Shown here piece after piece: positions 17,931 to 27,577 of a DNA stretch of 32,575 nt. The position numbers and the translations under genes are program-made. Under the pieces are notes generated by a model. It was not told where the DNA came from and made no database searches. It was given only the letters and a program-made list of their open reading frames with translations. The DNA lies in IMG/VR virus record IMGVR_UViG_3300005573_000030, positions 1 through 32,575 of that record; one strand, 5' to 3'. Position 1 is the stretch's first letter; each line of letters begins with the position of its first letter. Source of the DNA: a virus (lineage: Duplodnaviria; Caudoviricetes).

Positions 17931-17955
17931 CGCAATAACTAATTTTTTTACAACC

Positions 17956-18618
17956 ATGCCCGATCCAACATACAACATCCCCGGCGCCCTAACCAGCAAG
18001 GAGCGCGTCAAAGCGGCCCTGGGAATAGACGTGGCCAGCTTTGACAATTTGATCGACCAGTACATCGCCGGTTTTACCGGCTGGGTAGAGAGCTACTGCA
18101 ACCGGCAATTTTTGGAAGCCAAGTACAGCGAAATTATAACCGCGCCCGAAGGCGCCAGCTTCCTGGCCGTAGACAACGCGCCGGTCACCTCAGTCGACAA
18201 AGTGGAAGTCGCAGCCGGCACCCCGGCCGCCCGGACCTGGAACGAAGTACCGAGCAGCAGCTACGAACTCGAGTACGACGGACAGACCGTGGTGCCGGCC
18301 GAAGGCAGCCCGGTCCAGTACAGCGAGAGCGGAATTATAAATACGTACTTCCGGACCGTGGCCATACCGAACTACTACCGCGTAACCTACACCGCCGGCT
18401 ACAAGATCGACTGGACGGCCGAGACGGACGCGACCAAGCACAACCTGCCCCGCGTACTGACTGACCTGGCCACCCGGGCCGTGAGCAAACTGTACAGTAA
18501 GCGCAAGAGCGAGGGTAAGGACAGCGAACAGTTCGAAGGCGGCAGCATCACCTGGGAAAAGGTCCTGCCAGAGCAGGACAGGCTGGTGCTGGAAAACTAC
18601 CGCCGGACAAAATTCTAA
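17956..18618 (+). CDS. Head-tail connector (gp6-like adaptor)
   Basis: VKAALGI, VESYCNRQF, VTYTAGY, L..YRR; start moved to ATG17956. Confidence 0.8.
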   Translation: MPDPTYNIPGALTSKERVKAALGIDVASFDNLIDQYIAGFTGWVESYCNRQFLEAKYSEIITAPEGASFLAVDNAPVTSVDKVEVAAGTPAARTWNEVPSSSYELEYDGQTVVPAEGSPVQYSESGIINTYFRTVAIPNYYRVTYTAGYKIDWTAETDATKHNLPRVLTDLATRAVSKLYSKRKSEGKDSEQFEGGSITWEKVLPEQDRLVLENYRRTKF

Positions 18619-18628
18619 GCACACAAAA

Positions 18629-19057
18629 ATGGCAACCTTCGTAGACGTACAAATCAGCGGACTGAGCAAAGTGGTGAAGAACCTCGAGCGGTACCCGGAG
18701 ATAGCCGGCGACCGATACAGCAGGGCAATAAACGCGACGCTGTTCCTGATACAGAAATACGGCAACGAAGGAGACTACGGCAACGGCGGCATCTTCCAGT
18801 TTAAGACGCCCCGCGCCCTAAGAACCGGCAAACTGTCCCTGTCGTTTTTGGAAGGCACCCACCTGGCCAACCCCTACAACCTGGTAGGAATTATCGGCCC
18901 CACGGTCCGCTACGCAATTATTGTGCATGAGGGCCTCGGCCGCATGAAGGGACCTAACCGGTTTATGGAGCGGATAGTAAAAAAAGCCCAGCCGGACATT
19001 AACAGGATATTCGCCGAAGCGACCGACCAGGTAGCCGAAGCGCTCGCCACAGCCTAA
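18629..19057 (+). CDS. HK97 gp10-like neck/tail completion protein
   Basis: P..RTG.L..S, YA..VHEG, PNRFMER. Confidence 0.7.
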   Translation: MATFVDVQISGLSKVVKNLERYPEIAGDRYSRAINATLFLIQKYGNEGDYGNGGIFQFKTPRALRTGKLSLSFLEGTHLANPYNLVGIIGPTVRYAIIVHEGLGRMKGPNRFMERIVKKAQPDINRIFAEATDQVAEALATA

Positions 19058-19068
19058 AGGAAAACCAT

Positions 19069-19512
19069 ATGAGCAAAATGGCAGACTTAAAAACCAAGAT
19101 CAAGGAGCTGGTCCTCGACCCGCTCGTAACCGCCGGCAAGCTGAAAGAGGTACAGGTCGACGACTTCAAAATGCCGCTCCTGCAGCGGAGCGTCGCCCAC
19201 TACCCAGCCGCGATTTTAACCAGCCCGGAGGTAACGGCCAGCACGGTCAGCACCTTCCAGACCAACCAGCGGGTATACACCTTCCAAATCGTCGTGCTGC
19301 AGAAATTGGAAAACATCGCGCAGGCCGGCGACCTGGAAGACTTGATCGAAGCGTTAATGGACCAGATCGACAAAAACTATACCCTTGGCGGCCAAGCCGA
19401 CGGAGCAGTCGAACCGTCGACCAGCCAGCCCGAACCAATAGTAAGCCAAGGCCACCAGCTGGTCGCATTCGCGGTCCAGATCAGGGCCAAGGCCGACACT
19501 AACATAACCTAA
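19069..19512 (+). CDS. Putative tail terminator/completion protein
   Basis: Size and position before the tail tube gene. Confidence 0.55.
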   Translation: MSKMADLKTKIKELVLDPLVTAGKLKEVQVDDFKMPLLQRSVAHYPAAILTSPEVTASTVSTFQTNQRVYTFQIVVLQKLENIAQAGDLEDLIEALMDQIDKNYTLGGQADGAVEPSTSQPEPIVSQGHQLVAFAVQIRAKADTNIT

Positions 19513-19513
19513 T

Positions 19514-19699
19514 ATGCAAAGAGACTACCACGACAAGAGCATGCACACCGCGCCGGCCAAAACGGAAAAACCCGTGAAGGCCAAAACGGACGTGTACCAC
19601 TTCGCCGGCGACGGCAAGTACCAGCCGGCGGCGATCGAAGCCGCCAGTCCGGAGGAAGCCCAGGACAAATGGGAGCAGGCCCGGATCGAGATAAAGTAA
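19514..19699 (+). CDS. Small hypothetical protein
   Basis: 61-aa ORF tightly packed between genes. Confidence 0.6.
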   Translation: MQRDYHDKSMHTAPAKTEKPVKAKTDVYHFAGDGKYQPAAIEAASPEEAQDKWEQARIEIK

Positions 19700-19735
19700 C
19701 CAATCAAAAATAATTAAGAAATTAAAAATAAATTT

Positions 19736-20728
19736 ATGGGAAAAGGAATAGGCAGACAAATACAAATCGGACTCAGCAAGGAAGCCGTCCGCGGCACCGC
19801 TGAGACCGCCGTAACCTACTGGCTGCCGGTAACCGAGGCCACCGTGGAAGACTACGTAGAAAAAGCCGTCGACGACCAGGTCAATGGCGTGATAGAGGAA
19901 ACCAGCGGCAGCAGCATAACCAAGAAGGCAGCCAAGGCCAGCGTGAAAATGTACGCCGGCGACAAGAGCTTCCCCTTGCTTTTGGTACTGGCCCTCGGCG
20001 CGGTCAGCAGCGGAGACAACGCGGACAGCGACGCCAGCATTAAGGACCACAGCATCACGGTCAGCCAGTCGGTGCAGCACCCGGCCGCCACGATTTTCGT
20101 CGACGACCCGGTAGGCGCAGCCGACTACAAACACGCCCTCGGCTGCTTGGACAGCTTGGAAATTGCCGCAGAGCCGGGCAAGCGCGTGGAGCTAAGCGCA
20201 GCCTTCCGCGCCAAGGCCGCGGTAACCGCCGGATCCCTTTCGCCGGCCAAGACCGCTGAGAACCTGTTCCTGTCGAGCCACGTGAGCATTAAAATCGCAG
20301 CCACCGTGGCAGGTCTCACCGGCGCCACGGCAATCGCTGCCAGGAACCTGAAGCTGAGCATTAAGAAGAACCTGGAAGACGAAGACACCATCGGCTCGAC
20401 CAGCCAGACCGACACGCTAAACCGCAACCTGGCCATTGAGGGAGAATTCGAAGCCACCTGGTCCGGCGACAGCGACTTCAAGACCGCCTACTTAGCCGGC
20501 ACCGCCCAGGCTATGCGGATCGATTTCCTAAACGGCGACGTGACCATTGGCAACGCCGCGCACCCTGAAGTCAAAATGGACTTCTACAAGGTCACGTTCG
20601 AGGAACTGACCCGGCCGCTGAAGGGCAACGACGTGGTCAAACAGACCGTGAAGTTTAAAGCCCACTACAGCCTGGCCGACGCCAAGAGCGTGGTAGTAAC
20701 CGCAACCAACGCGGTAGCCAGCTACTAA
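19736..20728 (+). CDS. Tail tube (major tail) protein
   Basis: N-terminal IGLSKE..RGTA pattern, 330 aa, position. Confidence 0.78.
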   Translation: MGKGIGRQIQIGLSKEAVRGTAETAVTYWLPVTEATVEDYVEKAVDDQVNGVIEETSGSSITKKAAKASVKMYAGDKSFPLLLVLALGAVSSGDNADSDASIKDHSITVSQSVQHPAATIFVDDPVGAADYKHALGCLDSLEIAAEPGKRVELSAAFRAKAAVTAGSLSPAKTAENLFLSSHVSIKIAATVAGLTGATAIAARNLKLSIKKNLEDEDTIGSTSQTDTLNRNLAIEGEFEATWSGDSDFKTAYLAGTAQAMRIDFLNGDVTIGNAAHPEVKMDFYKVTFEELTRPLKGNDVVKQTVKFKAHYSLADAKSVVVTATNAVASY

Positions 20729-20760
20729 AATAATTAACTTATCCCGAGGAGAAAAAAGCC

Positions 20761-21147
20761 ATGCGAGAAACCAGAACCGTAACCACGCCGGCCGGCGCCG
20801 TTGCCGAACTGAAGACCTACCTGACGGCCAAGGAGCGCAACGAGCTGCGCCGCGTGTATTTGAAATCAATAAACCTGAACGCCAAAGACGGATCCACGAC
20901 CACCGGAGACTTATCCGGCGAGGTCATAGAGCAGGCCGAAGCCAAGCTGCTCGAGCTGGCCCTGGTCAGCTTAACCGTCGGCGGCAAGAGCCACAACGGA
21001 CCGGCAGCGATAGAGGCACTGCTGGAGTGCCGCCCGGCAGACTACGACTGCGTAGTGAAGGCGGCAGGGGAGCTGGACGGCGGTTTTTTAGAGACGAAAC
21101 CCGGTACCAATGGGAGCGCTACTACAACGCCGGCAGCGCAGAGCTAA
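20761..21147 (+). CDS. Tail assembly chaperone (G-like)
   Basis: Between tube and tape measure; contains a slippery site. Confidence 0.75.
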   Translation: MRETRTVTTPAGAVAELKTYLTAKERNELRRVYLKSINLNAKDGSTTTGDLSGEVIEQAEAKLLELALVSLTVGGKSHNGPAAIEALLECRPADYDCVVKAAGELDGGFLETKPGTNGSATTTPAAQS

Positions 21148-21287
21148 CTGAGGATATGGTCGCGGCCCTCCTGTGCCGCGAAATGAAGTGGACGTACCAG
21201 GAATACCAGGCCCAGCCGGCGCCGTTTATCGACACCATTCTCGACATGCTGCAGGCCGAGAGCGCAGCACAAAAAAAGAAAACCTAA
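21084..21287 (+). CDS. -1 frameshift extension of the tail assembly chaperone (GT-like)
   Basis: In-frame T TTT TTA at 21084-21090; -1 frame open to 21287 (LCREMKWTYQEY..QP). Confidence 0.78.
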   Translation, partial: FFRDETRYQWERYYNAGSAELTEDMVAALLCREMKWTYQEYQAQPAPFIDTILDMLQAESAAQKKKT

Positions 21288-21299
21288 CGAAACAAACCC

Positions 21300-22844
21300 A
21301 TGGCCGCACAAAGCGAAGTATCCATACTGGTCCGGCTGCGCGACGAAGCGAGCGCCGCCGTCGACCAAATCAACAACAAGCTAAAAGGCATACAGAGCAG
21401 CATGGAGCCGGCAGCCAACGCCAGCAAAGTGTTCGGCGCAGCCTTACTCGGAGCCGGCGTAGCAGCTGCCGGCTTTGGCTATGCAGCGGTAAAAGCCGCC
21501 AGCGACGCCCAGGCCGAGGACGCCAAAATGGACGCGACGCTAAAAGCCAGCAAGGGCAACTTCGAAGCCAACCGCGCTGCGGTTTTGAAAGCGGCCGAGG
21601 CGGCCATTAAGCTCGGGTTTGACGACGAAGACGCGGCCAACAGCGTGGCCAAACTGTACCAGCGGACCGGCGATATGACCGAGGCGCTGAAACTAAACCA
21701 GATCGCGATGGACCTCGCCAGGGCCAAGAACATGGACCTGGCCCAGGCCAGCCAAATGGTCGGCATGGTCCTGTCCGGCAACGGCAGGATCCTAAAGGAA
21801 TTCGACGTAGAGGTAGACGAAACCAAGACGCCCATGCAGCAGCTCGCCGAGCTGCAGCAAAAGGTAGCCGGCCAGAGCGCGGCCTACGCCTCGACCTTCC
21901 AGGGACAAATGGCAGCTTTGAAAGTCGGCTGGGGAAACTTTATGGAAACCGTCGGCGACCAGCCGCTGCCGATTTTGACCAAGCTGCTGACCGTGGTAAA
22001 CGAATTCGTCACCAACCAGCTGCCGCAATGGATAGAAAAAACGAAAGAGATAATTCAATGGATGCGCGAGCATAAGGAAATAATGCTCATAATTGCCGGC
22101 GCGATTTTGGGAGCTTTGATACCGGCGTTTATTTCAATGGCCGTGACTTTATTCACGACCGTAATACCGGCCTTCGTAGCCGGCGCCGTGGCCCTCGCGC
22201 CCTGGATGCTGGCCGGCGCTTTGATTGTCGGAATTGTCGAAGGCGTCCTATGGATAATTAGGCATTGGGACCTGGTAAAGCAAAAGGCCGCCGAGGTTTG
22301 GGACTGGATAAAAAACCACCTGGCGACCATTGCCCTGGCTCTCGGTCCGATCGGGCCGCTCGTGGTAGCGATAGTAAAAGCGGTCGATTTAATTATTGAC
22401 AATTGGGACCGGATAAAGGAAACCACGGAAAAAGTGTGGAACGCGATCCGGGACTTTTTCAAAGGCGTGTGGGAGCAGATAACGCAAATTTTTCAAGCCG
22501 CGGCTAACCAAATCATGAGCATAATTCAGCCCGTGCTGGACGCGGCCAACAAGGTCGGCAGCACAGTAAGCGGCGGCATGAACTGGCTCAACGCCAAGAC
22601 CAAGAGCGTCCTCGGCCTGGCCACCGGCGGCATTGTTACGCAGCCGACCCTGTCCTGGGTAGGCGAGGCCGGACCCGAAGCGGTTATACCGCTCGACCGT
22701 TTGAACCAGCTCGGCGCCGGACAAGGCGGCGGGTTAACCGTGGTCGTTACGGGTAACACCTTTATGAGTGACCAGGAAGCAGCGGTCGAGATCGGTAACC
22801 AGATCGCGGCCCGTTTGAAATTAGTAACCAGGCTCGGCCTGTAA
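21300..22844 (+). CDS. Tape measure protein
   Basis: Ala-rich helical, periodic Trp repeats, C-terminal LATGGIV...GEAGPEAVIPL. Confidence 0.9.
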   Translation: MAAQSEVSILVRLRDEASAAVDQINNKLKGIQSSMEPAANASKVFGAALLGAGVAAAGFGYAAVKAASDAQAEDAKMDATLKASKGNFEANRAAVLKAAEAAIKLGFDDEDAANSVAKLYQRTGDMTEALKLNQIAMDLARAKNMDLAQASQMVGMVLSGNGRILKEFDVEVDETKTPMQQLAELQQKVAGQSAAYASTFQGQMAALKVGWGNFMETVGDQPLPILTKLLTVVNEFVTNQLPQWIEKTKEIIQWMREHKEIMLIIAGAILGALIPAFISMAVTLFTTVIPAFVAGAVALAPWMLAGALIVGIVEGVLWIIRHWDLVKQKAAEVWDWIKNHLATIALALGPIGPLVVAIVKAVDLIIDNWDRIKETTEKVWNAIRDFFKGVWEQITQIFQAAANQIMSIIQPVLDAANKVGSTVSGGMNWLNAKTKSVLGLATGGIVTQPTLSWVGEAGPEAVIPLDRLNQLGAGQGGGLTVVVTGNTFMSDQEAAVEIGNQIAARLKLVTRLGL

Positions 22845-22848
22845 ATTT

Positions 22849-24387
22849 ATGATAACGCTGAAAATTAACACGGCAGACAGAACCAGCCTCATAGACTGGA
22901 AGACCTTCGAAAAGAAGGACGTGCTGACCCGCGAGCCGGACACGTGCCGCTTCAGCCTGGCCGTCAGCCCCAGCCAAACCTACCAGCCGGCAGTCGGCGA
23001 CACCGTGGAAGTAAAGAACGGCAGCACCGTGATATTCGGCGGGACCATTTTAAACATTACCGAGGAACCGGACGCCGGCGGGTACAAAAAGGTAACGGCG
23101 CAATGCAAGGACTGGAGCCACACGCTGGACCGGAAACTCGTGGCCAAAGTTTACAACACCACCAACCAGACGCTGCACGACGTCGTAGCCGACATTTTAA
23201 CCAATTTCACGGACGGCACCTTCACCATGGCCGGCGTAGCCAACCCCGGACCCGTGCTGCAAAAAATCGTTTTTAATTACTGCCCGGTAACCGAAGCCCT
23301 AAACCAGATCTGCACCCAGCTGGGCAACTACGACTGGTACATTGACGAAAACAAGGACATCCACCTCTTCGCGGAAAAGAGCCTGTCCGCCCCGTTTGCC
23401 CTAAGCGAAGACAACGGCAACCTGGTAACCGGCAGCTTCAAAATGACAACCGACTACAGCCAGATACGGAACCACGTGATAGTCAAAGGCGGCAGCACCA
23501 ACGGCCAGACAGTAACCAACGAGCAGATCGCCGACGGCGCACAGACCGTGTTCTTTGTCGGCTACAGCCTCGACGCCTTCGTCGCGCAGAAAGCCCTCGC
23601 CGCCACGCCCACCACCTGGGTCACGTTGAACGTAGGTATCGACGGCGTCGACGACCCGGCCGGCAAGGACTGCCTGTACAACAAGAACGACGGGCTGCTC
23701 ATTTTCCCGGCAGCGAGCAAGCCGGCAGCCAACGACAGAATCAAGACAGCCGGGCAGCCGATTTATAAACTGCTGAGCGAAAAAATGGAACTCGGATCCA
23801 TGGCCAAGTACGGCGAGTACCAGTACATGATTATTGACGAACGCATAACCAACAAGACGACCGCCGACCAGAGAGCTACGGCCGAGCTGACCAAGTACGC
23901 CAACCCCAGCCACAAAGCGAGCTTCACCACCTACAGCGACGGACTGCACACCGGCCAGAGCCTCGGCGTCAATTTGGCGAGCGCCGGCATTTCCCTGACT
24001 TTTAAAATCACCGCTATCCGGACCACCTTCCACACGCCGAGCGCTTTCCGCTACGACGTCGAACTGCTGGCCAGCGAAGACGTGACCATTATCGACCTTT
24101 TAAAACAGCTCACCACCGCCGGCCAGACCGACATGCTCGACCCGAACGAAAACGCGACCATCGACCGGCTGTACAGCTGCAGCGAAGAAGGAAGCGTAGC
24201 CGACAGCTTCGTAGTTTCCAAGAGCCACAACATGCAGATCGAAGGCGTAGCCGTAGCGGACACGCCAGTCACCCAGCCGGTAAACTACCCGACCGAATTC
24301 GTCCTTGGCCCGTACGTGCCAAACATTCAGTACAACGGATCCGACCACAAGCGGCAGTTTTTGCTGGACAACTCACCCCTTTGTTAA
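22849..24387 (+). CDS. Tail tip/hub protein
   Basis: Follows tape measure; IFGG.I, WYID..KDIH, IRN.VIVKG patterns. Confidence 0.7.
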   Translation: MITLKINTADRTSLIDWKTFEKKDVLTREPDTCRFSLAVSPSQTYQPAVGDTVEVKNGSTVIFGGTILNITEEPDAGGYKKVTAQCKDWSHTLDRKLVAKVYNTTNQTLHDVVADILTNFTDGTFTMAGVANPGPVLQKIVFNYCPVTEALNQICTQLGNYDWYIDENKDIHLFAEKSLSAPFALSEDNGNLVTGSFKMTTDYSQIRNHVIVKGGSTNGQTVTNEQIADGAQTVFFVGYSLDAFVAQKALAATPTTWVTLNVGIDGVDDPAGKDCLYNKNDGLLIFPAASKPAANDRIKTAGQPIYKLLSEKMELGSMAKYGEYQYMIIDERITNKTTADQRATAELTKYANPSHKASFTTYSDGLHTGQSLGVNLASAGISLTFKITAIRTTFHTPSAFRYDVELLASEDVTIIDLLKQLTTAGQTDMLDPNENATIDRLYSCSEEGSVADSFVVSKSHNMQIEGVAVADTPVTQPVNYPTEFVLGPYVPNIQYNGSDHKRQFLLDNSPLC

Positions 24388-24413
24388 TCAATAAAATTTT
24401 TAAAAACAAAGCT

Positions 24414-24914
24414 ATGCAAACCAACCAAACAGACATAGAAGTCAAAAAGCAGGAACGCGCCGGCTTAGAAGGCGTGTACCGCTTCACCTTTACCGACACC
24501 GTAACCGGCAAGGTCCGGGTCGAAGAATACCACAACAAAATTCCAGACGCTGGCCTGGCGGCGTTAGCTTCCCAGCTGGCCGATGCCAGCCCCAGCGTCA
24601 GCCCCATGACCCTGTCTTACACCGAACTCGGGACCGGAACCAACGCGCCGGCAGCCGGCGACACCGCGCTGCAGACGCCGACCTTTAGGAAGGCCATAGC
24701 CAGCCGGACCCGCAGCGGCGCCATTGTGTACGCCTCAGCCTACTACACCGCAGCCGAGTGCAGCGGAACCTTCCGTGAAGCCGGCATTTATATCGGCGGC
24801 AGCAGCACCCCAGGATCCGGAACCCTCTTCAGCCGCGTGGCTATCAACATCACCAAGGCCAACACAGAGACGCTGACGATTGACTACACCTTAACATTAA
24901 GCTCGGTCAACTAA
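24414..24914 (+). CDS. Tail tip/fibre-base protein
   Basis: LGTG..AP..GDTAL, FREAG, LFSR, LTIDY patterns. Confidence 0.65.
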   Translation: MQTNQTDIEVKKQERAGLEGVYRFTFTDTVTGKVRVEEYHNKIPDAGLAALASQLADASPSVSPMTLSYTELGTGTNAPAAGDTALQTPTFRKAIASRTRSGAIVYASAYYTAAECSGTFREAGIYIGGSSTPGSGTLFSRVAINITKANTETLTIDYTLTLSSVN

Positions 24915-24933
24915 CCGGAAAGGAACCACAGCC

Positions 24934-27012
24934 ATGCTAAAAAACACATACGCGATAGGCGAGGGCCTGCCGGCAGCCGACCTCAACACGATAGTAAATT
25001 TAATTCTCCAGAACAGCCACAACATCGAAGAACTGTACATGGAAAATTATATCGCCAGCAAAGCGACGCCGTACCAGGGCCTCTTCTTCGACGCCTTCTC
25101 CGATACGACCAAGGCCGAGAGCACCGCCAACGCCGGGACCAACGTCGCCGGCACCGCCGGCCAGACCAAGTTCACGGTCAACAGCGACGCCGAGCTGGCC
25201 AACTTTAGCGCCGGCGACCTGATTATTATCGGCGACGGCAGCAACCAGGAGATCAACACGGTCACCGGAAAAGCCAGCAACGTGGTCGAATCGAACCTGG
25301 CCAGCTTTGCCTTTTCCACCACCAAGCCGGCCAACTGGAGCGACAGCGGCCTGGTCAACAGCAACACCCAGCGCCGGATCCAGAGCGCCTGGAACAGCCC
25401 GGTCGGCGGCGACAGCAGCATCGGCACCCTCTCGAAAGCAGCCAGCGGCCTGACCATTGGCGCCACCTACACGCTGACCCTAAACTGCGCGTGGACCGCG
25501 GCGGCCAGCTTCGGCAACGACTTCACGATTGAAATAAAAATCGGCGGCGTCCAGGCGGCAGCCTACACCACGCCCTACGGCGGCGGCAGCTACAACTTCA
25601 GCACCACCTTCGTGCCAACGACCAGCAACCCCACCATCCAGGTAAACGTGTACGACAACTACAGCTCCAACAACAACGCCAACTGGATCTGGACGTTTAG
25701 CTTTAGCAACTTCCAGCTGACCCTGGGCAACAGCGTATTCGTGCAGAACGCCCTGGCTAACACCTACAGCGGCGGCACCGCCAAGAAGACCAGCACCGCC
25801 ATAGACACCACCAACAAAAAAATAACCATGACGGCTGGCTGGAAGAAGGACCTCTACCAAAGCAAGGAGACGACCTTCAGCCAGGACATGGCCGGCATTA
25901 ACGCCTGGCTCATGCGGACCAACGCGGAGCAGTACACGCCCACCGGCGCAGCCGCCCAGGGAGCGACGACCGTCGGGACCCGGGTCACCAGCGGCACGTT
26001 TGCCGCCGGCGACGTGATAGAGCTTTACAACGCCACCACCAAGTACCGCGAGCGCAAGACAATCAGCGGCGTCAGCGTCGGCAGCGACGGCGCCGCGGCA
26101 GCCTTTGACGCGACCGCCACCTTGGCCGCCACCACCGGAACGAGCGGCACCTTCGCCCACACCAACAGCGCGACCAACCCCTTCCTCGTCGTGGCCGTGT
26201 ACTACACCGGCGGCGTGGCACCAGCGGTCACCTACGCCGGCGCGGCCATGACTAAATTCGCAGACGTAGCAGCCGGCAACGACGGCGTCAACACGATCAG
26301 CCTCTTCAAGAAGACCAGCCCAGCCACCGGCGCCAACAACGTGGTCATAACCTTCGGCGCCAGCTGCACCTTCACCGCCTCCTCGGTCAGCTTTACCAAC
26401 GCGAGCGACGCGGACAACGTCAGCGCAGCCGGCGGCGGCACCCTGCCGGTTTCCACCAGCACCGCCACTACCAACGGCGACATGGTCTTCGGCGTATTAG
26501 GGACCAACAACAACATGAACCAGGCCGGGTTTACCTTTGACGCCGGCAGCACCAGCCGCTTCCAGGACTACTTCACCGCCGGCAAAGTCTGCTTCGCCGG
26601 CGCGACCAAGCCAGCGACGACAACCACCACCGCCATGACGCTCGGCGCCGGCCAAGGCTCAGCAGCCGGCACGATCGTCTGCCGTATCAAGCAGCTCAAC
26701 CCCACCAGCACCCTGACCTTTACCCCGGCCGTGAGCGCGGCCGCCGGCTTTACCACGGCAGACAAAATCGTCAAGGTCGCGGCCATCCCCCAGGTCAGCC
26801 TGGTCGACAGCGCGGCCAGCCACAGCTACCAGAACATGACCTACGTCCGGAGCGCTGAAGTCACGGTCGACGGCGCCACCTACGTGGAAGACCAGTACAG
26901 CTACACCCCAGGCACCCCGGAGAACAAGTTCCGCGTCCGGGTCATAATGAGCCGCGGCGACACCAGCCAGACTCCGAGCGCCAAGCGCCTGGCCGTAACC
27001 TTAAACATTTAA
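24934..27012 (+). CDS. Tail fibre/receptor-binding protein
   Basis: 692 aa, T/S/A/G-rich, beta-rich, last large tail gene. Confidence 0.7.
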   Translation: MLKNTYAIGEGLPAADLNTIVNLILQNSHNIEELYMENYIASKATPYQGLFFDAFSDTTKAESTANAGTNVAGTAGQTKFTVNSDAELANFSAGDLIIIGDGSNQEINTVTGKASNVVESNLASFAFSTTKPANWSDSGLVNSNTQRRIQSAWNSPVGGDSSIGTLSKAASGLTIGATYTLTLNCAWTAAASFGNDFTIEIKIGGVQAAAYTTPYGGGSYNFSTTFVPTTSNPTIQVNVYDNYSSNNNANWIWTFSFSNFQLTLGNSVFVQNALANTYSGGTAKKTSTAIDTTNKKITMTAGWKKDLYQSKETTFSQDMAGINAWLMRTNAEQYTPTGAAAQGATTVGTRVTSGTFAAGDVIELYNATTKYRERKTISGVSVGSDGAAAAFDATATLAATTGTSGTFAHTNSATNPFLVVAVYYTGGVAPAVTYAGAAMTKFADVAAGNDGVNTISLFKKTSPATGANNVVITFGASCTFTASSVSFTNASDADNVSAAGGGTLPVSTSTATTNGDMVFGVLGTNNNMNQAGFTFDAGSTSRFQDYFTAGKVCFAGATKPATTTTTAMTLGAGQGSAAGTIVCRIKQLNPTSTLTFTPAVSAAAGFTTADKIVKVAAIPQVSLVDSAASHSYQNMTYVRSAEVTVDGATYVEDQYSYTPGTPENKFRVRVIMSRGDTSQTPSAKRLAVTLNI

Positions 27013-27016
27013 AGCC

Positions 27017-27196
27017 ATGCAAAAAATCCAACACGGATCCGGCGCGACAGAAACCGTCCTGACGCCCGAAGATAAAGCCCATCTGCAGACGGTCGAGACC
27101 TTGAAAAAGAACAAAATCAAAAAGGGCAGCGACCTGACCGACGTCCAGGCCAAGGACCTGCTGCTCTTGATAGCTAAAAAGCTGCAAATTTTATAA
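27017..27196 (+). CDS. Small hypothetical protein (59 aa), possible fibre chaperone; not in the ORF track
   Basis: Translated by hand, ATG27017 to TAA27196. Confidence 0.6.
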   Translation: MQKIQHGSGATETVLTPEDKAHLQTVETLKKNKIKKGSDLTDVQAKDLLLLIAKKLQIL

Positions 27197-27219
27197 ATAA
27201 GCAGTTAAAATCAAAACCA

Positions 27220-27552
27220 ATGTCCCGTGAAATTGAAACCAACGAAGAAGCCAGGATGGAAAACAAGGCCAGTAAAATCGTGGCCGGAGCCTTCAATGGC
27301 CTGCGCGGCTGGATCGCCCTGGCCCTGACCTTGATCGGTTTAATCGTGGCCGGCGTGACGACCATAAGCGGACTGCGGCAAGAAGTCGCGGTCCTGTCCG
27401 AACGCGTCAGCCTGCTACTGAGCGACCACGAAAAGCGGATCCAGGCGCTCGAGGCGAGCCAGAAAACCCAGGACGGAAACCTAACCCACTTACTGTACCT
27501 GCACGACCCCAGCCTCAAAGCCGAAGACCAAGCGGCGCAGCAGAAAAAGTAA
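27220..27552 (+). CDS. Single-TM coiled-coil protein, possible lysis accessory
   Basis: TM WIALALTLIGLIVAGV followed by a coiled coil. Confidence 0.6.
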   Translation: MSREIETNEEARMENKASKIVAGAFNGLRGWIALALTLIGLIVAGVTTISGLRQEVAVLSERVSLLLSDHEKRIQALEASQKTQDGNLTHLLYLHDPSLKAEDQAAQQKK

Positions 27553-27577
27553 CCAAAAAAACCGAGGAGAAAAAACC

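Noticed and set aside
17833-17955. N-terminal extension of the head-tail connector
   Set aside because: TTG start inside a structured region; ATG17956 has the typical AACC-ATG context
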